A stretch of 56,298 nucleotides of DNA, counting the filler, from Squatina squatina (lineage: Eukaryota), in the NCBI GenBank assembly GCA_031763465.1. It is 4 parts of 4 records of this genome, joined end to end, with 100 filler letters (N's around TTAATTAATTAA, not from the genome) between each part and the next. Parts side by side here need not be neighbours in the genome. Positions count along the whole stretch, not along the records: positions 43,044 to 56,298 come from JARFOE010000004.1; 3 more parts are not named here. One strand, given 5' to 3'. Every line of letters begins with the position of its first letter. The first letter of the stretch is position 1. A program made the translations under genes and the position numbers. Positions 48,690 to 56,298 of the stretch are shown in pieces. The notes under the pieces are model-generated. The model saw only the letters and a list, made by a program, of their open reading frames with translations. It had not been told where the DNA came from and searched no databases.

Positions 48690-51600
48690 TAGTGGCAGTC
48701 CAGTAATATACAAAGAGTTAACAAAAACAGTTAGGTATGTACCTCAGTTTTTCTAGCTATTCTTTACAGATTACCAAATGTCCAGACTAATGATTGTTTA
48801 ACATTTAGCTGTGAGTCATGTTGACACTAATTTTTTTATATATATACATATAAATTAATTTTGCATTTTCTTCTGTGAATGTAACTAATTGCTGGAACTG
48901 TAGCTATTGTATATCTTGAGGGGTTTTGCAACCCGATATTGAATTAAAGATTGTGATTAATAACTTGTTTCAGAAACACTTGGCACTTGATTTCCCATGA
49001 TGGTGCAATAGGCATCAAAGAACTGCTGACTTGCAGTAAAAGGAAATATACCTCAGGGTGAGTCACTTAATCAAAGCTGACAGAAAGAGGACTTAGAATG
49101 TGCTGCAGGTTATAAGTGCTTGCATTTAATTTTTTTAAATAAAAGAATTGCATTTTGTTGTAGGTAATGGAACAGTATTGAAAATGGAATGAAAGCACCT
49201 TTAAATTGGTGAATGTAATTTGCAACTTATCATGAGCACAGTAATCAACACCATTACCTTTGTAAATCTTAGTAATTTTAATCTGTTTTCCTTTTTAGTT
49301 TGGATCTGGCCCTCTTCATTTGTTCATATCTCACTAGACAAGGAAGAACAATATTCATCTGCTTTAAGAAATTAGTATGAATTTGAGCTACAAAACTACA
49401 GTGACATTATTCAAGCTGATGCATTTAGTCCAGAAATATTATTTGCCTTTATGAAATATAAAATCGGCATTTTTTTCTTTGTAAAATTACATAATTTTAC
49501 TACCACAAAAGTGGAGACAAATTCGGATCACAGACAATAGAATATAGATTGTCCCAGAATGTGAGATGAGTCGCCATTACAGCACCCTGCAAAACTTCTG
49601 TTCCTTCTCAAAAGACTGAGACTTGTTTCCTTCATGATCCTTATCATCTATAACTGCCCCTCCCCCCACCCTTGACCTTTTGTGTGCATTCTTCTCAGAA
49701 ATGTCATCCTTTTTACTTTTCTCTCTGTCTCTGCATTCAGCAACTTTTTTTTTGGAGACTAAACCAGCACTAGAATTCTACCTTAATCCATCTCCTCTAA
49801 TTGCTCCCCATACTTTACTTTCTCAATCTCGCCCTTCTCATTAANNNNNNNNNNNNNNNNNNNNNNNNNNNNNNNNNNNNNNNNNNNNNNNNNNNNNNNN
49901 NNNNNNNNNNNNNNNNNNNNNNNNNNNNNNNNNNNNNNNNNNNNGTTTCCACTAGTTATAGAAGTCCATTAAATAGATAAGATTCTCTGATCACAATTGT
50001 GTTACAAAATTTTAAATATGAATTCATCCATAGTCCGATGACTGAAACATGACATTGCCTAGGTATCAGAAAATGCTGAGGGCATGTGTTTACTCCCCTT
50101 CTGTAGACAGAAAAAAACAGAGCTCGAGCAACTCTTATTCAAGAAAGGATAAAAAGAAATGATACTTGTACATCTTCAGAAAATAACCTATTTTCTGAAA
50201 TTGCATTTTGTTCTTAAAATAGATTTGAGTAAACCTCCTTAAGAAGGAAAACTTGCAAAGGTTGTTGATCTTGCAGCTGTAAGCTGAAGGAGTTGTGTTG
50301 GTTACAGAGAGCTATGACCAACTTGCCATAAGAATTTCTACTGTAAGATGAAATGAATTGCATATAAAACCAGTTTCTTTCCTTCTCATTCATCAACCCG
50401 TGTAAGTTGTTTGTCACTGCCACATAATTTATTCATAGCTCTGGCTGAATGAAGAAATCAATAAAACTGTCTTGTAAATAAGGAACAGCAAAGGGTTTAG
50501 ATTTATCAGCTTTGTACCATAGTATGGAAATGTAGTCTGTGTCCCCTACTCCTGATGTACATATACATTTGTTAAAGGAGGTCGGCATGCTGCTNNNNNN
50601 NNNNNNNNNNNNNNNNNNNNNNNNNNNNNNNNNNNNNNNNNNNNNNNNNNNNNNNNNNNNNNNNNNNNNNNNNNNNNNNNNNNNNNNNNNNNNNTTAATG
50701 GCTTTGGAAAGCATGATTACTATTCGTCACTTTTAAGAAAAAAATCCTGAATAAGTAATTAGTAATTAAATTGGAGGCTTGAGTGAAGATTTGTGATAGA
50801 AGGTAGCAATTGAGCAAGCTATCAAGCTTCTATTAGAACACAAACCTTACTGTCAGACCTGGGGAACATCTCTAGGTTCAATATGGCTAATGCTGTTGGA
50901 TCAGCCGTTTGTCAAGATAAATGAGGTACATAGCCCTGGCTGTGATGGGCAGACTGCCAGAAAGGCCAGAGTGCTATGTAGTTTATTACCAGGGTATAGA
51001 AAATTAGTTTTCCTTGAATAGCACATGGTATGAGTAATATATTTTGTTGACATCAGCAGACCTTTGGAGGTTGATTTATCTTTGCTTTAAAAAAGAGTGA
51101 ATCGCACTGCAGCATTTACAAGTCAAGGCAAAGCATACTGGGTAGGCCTGTTTCAGGCTGATGTGATGTATCCTGCCTAATTTACTTCATGTTATTTATG
51201 ATCCGTGTGTACTGAAAGCTTTTTTTCCTGTTTTTTTTATAGAAGATCCAGTCTTGCAGTAATATAAATCATATGTTGCTTCTACCTTAATTTAATTTTG
51301 TAGTTCTGATTTTTATTTTTTGCTGAATAACTAGAGAATACAATGATGGATGAATCTTAGCAGTTGCAACTGTTTTTTTTTTCCCTGAGCCTTCTGCGGA
51401 GCTCCATACCAATCCATAAAAAATATATCCTTCATTGAATTTCTGTATTTAAACCTAATTATTTTTCTTTCAAGAGTAGTTGTAGTTTTATTGAATATTG
51501 GATGGTTTAACTCTTTGGCTTTTAATTCAGATCTATTTTTAGATAACCACAAGTTGGTAATGTAAAATTAAAAATTGATGTAAAATTCACAAGTGCAGTC

Positions 51601-51727
51601 ATTCATAGTCTTTCAGGACTTCACCATATCTGTTATTTCTGTTAATGTGTTCCTCACAGTATTTGGCAGATACCAGAAAAAACTTGTTGATAGACAGGGT
51701 GTAGCCTCCAACTCCATTGTCTCAATT

Positions 51728-51826
51728 GTACTTGTTTATGAGTATACTTGTTATGAGTGTACTTGGTTATGAGTGTACTTGGTTATGAGTGTACTTGGTT
51801 ATGAGTGTACTTGGTTATGAGTGTAC
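51728..51826. repeat. 16-bp minisatellite GTACTTGGTTATGAGT, at least 6 copies, running into a gap
   Basis: Directly visible; the first two copies are degenerate. Confidence 0.95.
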
Positions 51827-53574
51827 NNNNNNNNNNNNNNNNNNNNNNNNNNNNNNNNNNNNNNNNNNNNNNNNNNNNNNNNNNNNNNNNNNNNNNNNNN
51901 NNNNNNNNNNNNNNNNNNNNNNNNNNTCACTCCCAAACAGCTGTTGAGGCTGGATCAATTGAATACTTGAAAACTGGGAGTACAGGTTCAAAGAGCTACT
52001 GCTGTTCCTGTACCTGACCTGGGACTGCTCAATGCTGACACTTGGTGCCGATTTACACCCCATTGGCCAGGTATAAATGCGGTGAAAATCATCTCGCAGG
52101 ACTTCTCGTTGCTGCTTCAGCCTCTGTCAAACAGGTAGGGTCCGTGAGGTGGGTGACCTGAAGCAGGCAGAAGCTTCGTTGCAGGCTACAAATCGGGGTC
52201 CTGTGAGATAAGTCGGCACCCGTGCCATTTTTGGTTAAATTAGCAAGAGGAATGCCCAGTGCTGGATCTGCCCAGTAGCACTAGTGGTACAGGTTGCAAA
52301 TGTCCATTTCCTTATCTTGGAATTGAAAGCAGTCTGACACTGCACTCAAACTATTAACATTGCTTTCTTTCCAACTTCAGCAATGAGCTAATGAGACTCC
52401 CCATTGGGTTTTAAGCGTTTAATTTCCCCAAAATGGCCTACTGAAAAAGATGATGGTTGACAGATGATGGCCACATCTGGACCAGTGCTGCCATGAGGTG
52501 ATAGTGCTGGCTACCAGTTGGCTCTGCAATAAAGTTTGTCTCCACCTTCACTTTATAATTTTTAAATGCAGGAAGGACATATCACCATTTAACAGTGGCC
52601 ATAGATTAATCCTGATGGACTGCTTTTTTTTAAGGTCAGTTGAGGTCCATAAACCCAGCTGGCTTTCATATCGAGTTTTTAGTGGCCCCATATGGTTCAG
52701 CACAGTTCAATTCCGAGCACCAGTGTTCTGACACATATTCCTGAAATACGAGACCTTAGTGAGCATTTCTAAAGAGCAAGTCATGGGGGTGGGTGGGAAG
52801 GAGGGATTTGGGGTGCAATCTGGTTCCGTTGAGTCTCTGCCTCCTTTTGTAGCATTAAGAGATATTACAACAGATCAATTGATTGCTGTTAGGAAAATGG
52901 GTCCTTTTAAAATCGATTTTTTTTAAGGACAGGCTTTGAGACGGGGTTAAGACTAGGGCAGACTGGTAACTGGAGTCCTGCTCCACTGCTCTTCCAGAAG
53001 GAGAGTGGGCCTCAAGGAACCGAAGGTCCAGCATCTTTAGCCAAAAATACCGAGGCCCCAATTTTACCTCCATCTACCCTGCACAGCGGAAACCTGGCTG
53101 GTGGTGGGGGGGGGGGGCGCAGTTAAAATGAGGGCAGTCACTTACCCAGTCTGATCCCGCTACCTTCCCACCAGATCCCAATGTACTCTTTTGAGCGTGT
53201 GAGCGGGACACCCGCAAGAAGCTAGTGGTGTCCTTTAAATATGCAGATCGGGTCCCGATGGCTTTCATATCATATTCCTGTAAGGATGTCTTACTGCAAT
53301 TATGTCAGGCCTTGGGGAGACTGCACCTGGNNNNNNNNNNNNNNNNNNNNNNNNNNNNNNNNNNNNNNNNNNNNNNNNNNNNNNNNNNNNNNNNNNNNNN
53401 NNNNNNNNNNNNNNNNNNNNNNNNNNNNNNTCTTCCTTTTCGGTGACATCCTATTTTGGATTATCTAGAGGTAAAGAAAATGAAGATGTTAAGAAGCCAA
53501 ATGAGAGTCCACTGTAGCTTTTAAAAGTGCATGCTCATGTTGTTTGTTTGTGTGCTTGCTCTCCCAGATCCTTA

Positions 53575-53716
53575 CACAGACAGACTGCAGCTGCCACTGA
53601 CCTTTCTGCATCTCTGTTTCCAACAGGCTTGGTGTCATGGTTCCACAGGGTCTCCAAGACTTCTTCCTCCTGGGGTGATCTGAGTTCTATTATTGTGGGA
53701 CTGCCACCTGTTACCT
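53575..53716 (-). mobile_element. Possible Harbinger Myb/SANT-gene fragment
   Basis: VTGGSPTIIELRSPQEEEVLETL resembles the TGGG-P..L.P.EE.VL segment that follows the Myb/SANT domain in Harbinger accessory proteins. Confidence 0.35.
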
Positions 53717-56187
53717 GAAAGTCCTGGACACTATGGCCCACCATCCCCCGTTGGAGTGAAAAAAGGGAGGACATGAATAAAGCTGAGAAGGCTGGGCAGT
53801 TTTTTGTTAGAACAGATTGGCATGTTCGTTATAATAGGGTAAGAAAGCAAGGACAAACAGGTATTGTGAATTACGGAGGCTTGCACATGTGAGGAAAGAT
53901 GCATTTGTAGGTAGCAAGTGAAGCAGGATGGGAGAAGGAATCAGTGGTTCAGAGTTCAGTCCTGGAATACAGTGAGGTTAATAAATGAAGGAGTGCCACA
54001 CATACCAAAAGACTCCAAGCAAACATCAGGGGAAACAGGTAACTTATCATGGCTGCTCTGGTGAGGTTGTTACAATTTTCCTTGTCTTGCAAGGGGTCCA
54101 AGATAGTACATTTTAAGTGTGTCTATTTTTAAAACTTCTTCCTGTCCCTTCACTTTCATTTATATTTAGGCAGTTCATGCTTGGTTGTTTTCGAAGCCTA
54201 CTTCCAGCAGATATGTGGAGTCTGAGAAATGAATGCAACTACTGTATCCAATCTGTAAAAATAACATGCCTGTTGCCAATAAGTTTGCGGTCTTACTGGT
54301 AGTGTCTCTACTGAGCTAATTCAATAAATTCAAAGTTCCCTGTTAAACTTGGAATGCTGAGAGAAAAATAAATTTTACAACTCCTACATTTCCTACATAT
54401 TAAGGCATAGGGCCTGAAGCAGCAGCTGAATATTACTGTGGAGAAACCCATTACCTGAGTCCTATCAGTGACATGAATGCTGCTCCAAAACTAGCCAGGT
54501 TAGTGGAATGAAATCCTTTCTGTTAAGGTTTATTGATTCCAGTTGAATTCCAATGCCGCACATTGGATATGATGGGGGCCCAATTGGTCTGCCCTGCGGT
54601 TGAAATGCAAGGGGACCAAAAACTGTGATTTTCGGGCAAAAATCAGCGCTTATGCAACTTTACTTGTTTCAGCAGGCCAATTCAGCAACTGATCTAAGGA
54701 GCTGCAATCATGTGTCAGCCCTTAAAGGGAATCATTCTNNNNNNNNNNNNNNNNNNNNNNNNNNNNNNNNNNNNNNNNNNNNNNNNNNNNNNNNNNNNNN
54801 NNNNNNNNNNNNNNNNNNNNNNNNNNNNNNNNNNNNNNCTCTTCAATGCAGCCAAAACAACCAGCTATGTTAAAATGGAGCAGCAGACTAACAGTTGTTG
54901 CTCTCAGGATTCCACACCCTCTTCTATTTATTGCATTCCTTGTGCTTGTGAAAGATATGCAAGGAGAACATTCAAATTATTATAAAGACCTCGCTGAACC
55001 TGGCTCCATTTTGCTGGCATCACTGAATCGGACCTTCAGCCTTTTTCTGACAGTGGGTGCCATCCTAGTAAAAAAAAGACAGAAGTGCTGTGATACTACT
55101 CATTCTGTTTACAAAAGAACTGAATACTCTGCTTTGGGTCAGTTTTTGGTTTAGTTTGGTTTGTCAAGGCAGCACCTGTTAATACACATAGCAGTACAGA
55201 GGAGCACCTGTTAATACGCACAGCTGTTGTACGTTTTGTGTACTGGAGCTGGAGGTTTTGGCCTATTTCTTATGAAACTACATGTCCGCTTCAGAATAGG
55301 TGAAGGACAAGGTCAGGGATGCTGCATATTTTTCATCCACCAATGCTGAAATTCAAAGCTCCTGTAAATTTTGTCAACAATGATTCCTCCCTGGAGACTG
55401 CGATTTTGACACACCAATGCATTAACCTTGAGGGCTTTAAAAATGATCTTTACCAAGTGCCAGCAATTGAACTGAACCGGTTTGATTTTTTTAATTACTA
55501 TTCTTTTCTGTCTCAGTGTTCTGGCACAAATGCGCCTCTCATGGGATGATTGAGGCTCTCATTTCCGTCTGACATTTATGCCTCAGAGCAGCAGAATCTA
55601 GCTAATTGAAAGCTGGCTTGATGAATACATTTTCTGCAGCATTATTAAATTGCTTGAATAAAAATGATCTTATAAGACCTGATAAAAATGATTTTTCTTT
55701 CTAAGCACTTAAATTAAAAGCTATTAAAGGAAACAGAATTCTAAGTTAATTGCTAGTAATCTGAAAAACAGCTTAATTATTATCAGCATTTGTTTATATC
55801 CAACTATAGCAACCATATTCGGGCAGGCACTGAATCTAAGCTGTGACTTTATCACTTTTCTAGCTGTGATCATCCCTGCTTAGTGCAGAAGTTGGTTGCA
55901 TCAAAACATAATGTACCAACACATTGCTTCAGAATGCTGACTCTTCCCAATAATTCGCCCATTGGTCAGTTCCTAAACTCACCTGGTCATCTGCGTAAGG
56001 TTTCAAGACTTCCTCAGAAGGAGAGAGAGGATAAGTAATTGGCAAGTACTCTTGTGCACACTCTAAATCCAGCATGTCTTACACTCTGTTTTAGGAGCAG
56101 GCCCCCATCATAAAATGGTGGCATCTGGACTTTAAGAGGGGAAGAACAGCAAGATCAAGCACTGGAATGAAGATAGTTTGAATATAA

Positions 56188-56298
56188 TACAAAAGCAAAA
56201 TACTGCAAATGCTGGAAATCAGAAATAAAAACAGAAAATGCTGGAAACACTCAGCAGGTCAGGCAACAACTGTGGAGAAAGAAACAGAGTTAACGTTT
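56188..56298 (-). mobile_element. Penelope-type repeat end, cut by the window edge
   Basis: Minus strand begins AAACGTTAACTCTGTTTC, the 3' half of the hammerhead-like motif, then matches 28700-28770. Confidence 0.65.

Noticed and set aside
50214-50594. Two short minus-strand ORFs
   Set aside because: No recognised homology and no coherent splice signals.
51728-51826. Regular repeat as a CRISPR array
   Set aside because: Head-to-tail 16-bp units with no unique spacers, no cas genes, vertebrate context.

Overview
This is gapped vertebrate genomic DNA, not prokaryotic. The repeat content (Deu-domain SINEs, LF-SINE-like, CR1, L2, RTE, Penelope-type repeats) suggests a cartilaginous fish such as a shark; that assignment is an inference. 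Three identical artificial linkers (44N-TTAATTAATTAA-44N) split the window into four scaffolds that need not be neighbours: A 1-12725, B 12826-26100, C 26201-42943, D 43044-56298. Inside each scaffold, short contigs are mostly joined by 100-N gaps of unknown true size, so genes appear as scattered exons. A holds one ACOT7-type exon with a 20-nt frameshifting deletion, plus SINE, RTE, hAT and CR1 debris. B has no recognisable exon and looks like non-coding regulatory or intronic DNA. C is the conserved block CDYL(-), ECI2(+), TEX56/C6orf201(-), PRPF4B(-), with 3, 4, 1 and 1 exons visible. D holds a divergent SAMD12/SAMD10 (Aveugle-type) SAM exon among repeats. The most interesting signal is in the PRPF4B 3' UTR: a ~240-nt nested RNA fold whose outer helix buries a 5' splice site, followed by a strong acceptor. 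This is a candidate structure-gated UTR intron/NMD control element. Gene identities come from my recollection of vertebrate proteins; no search was run.
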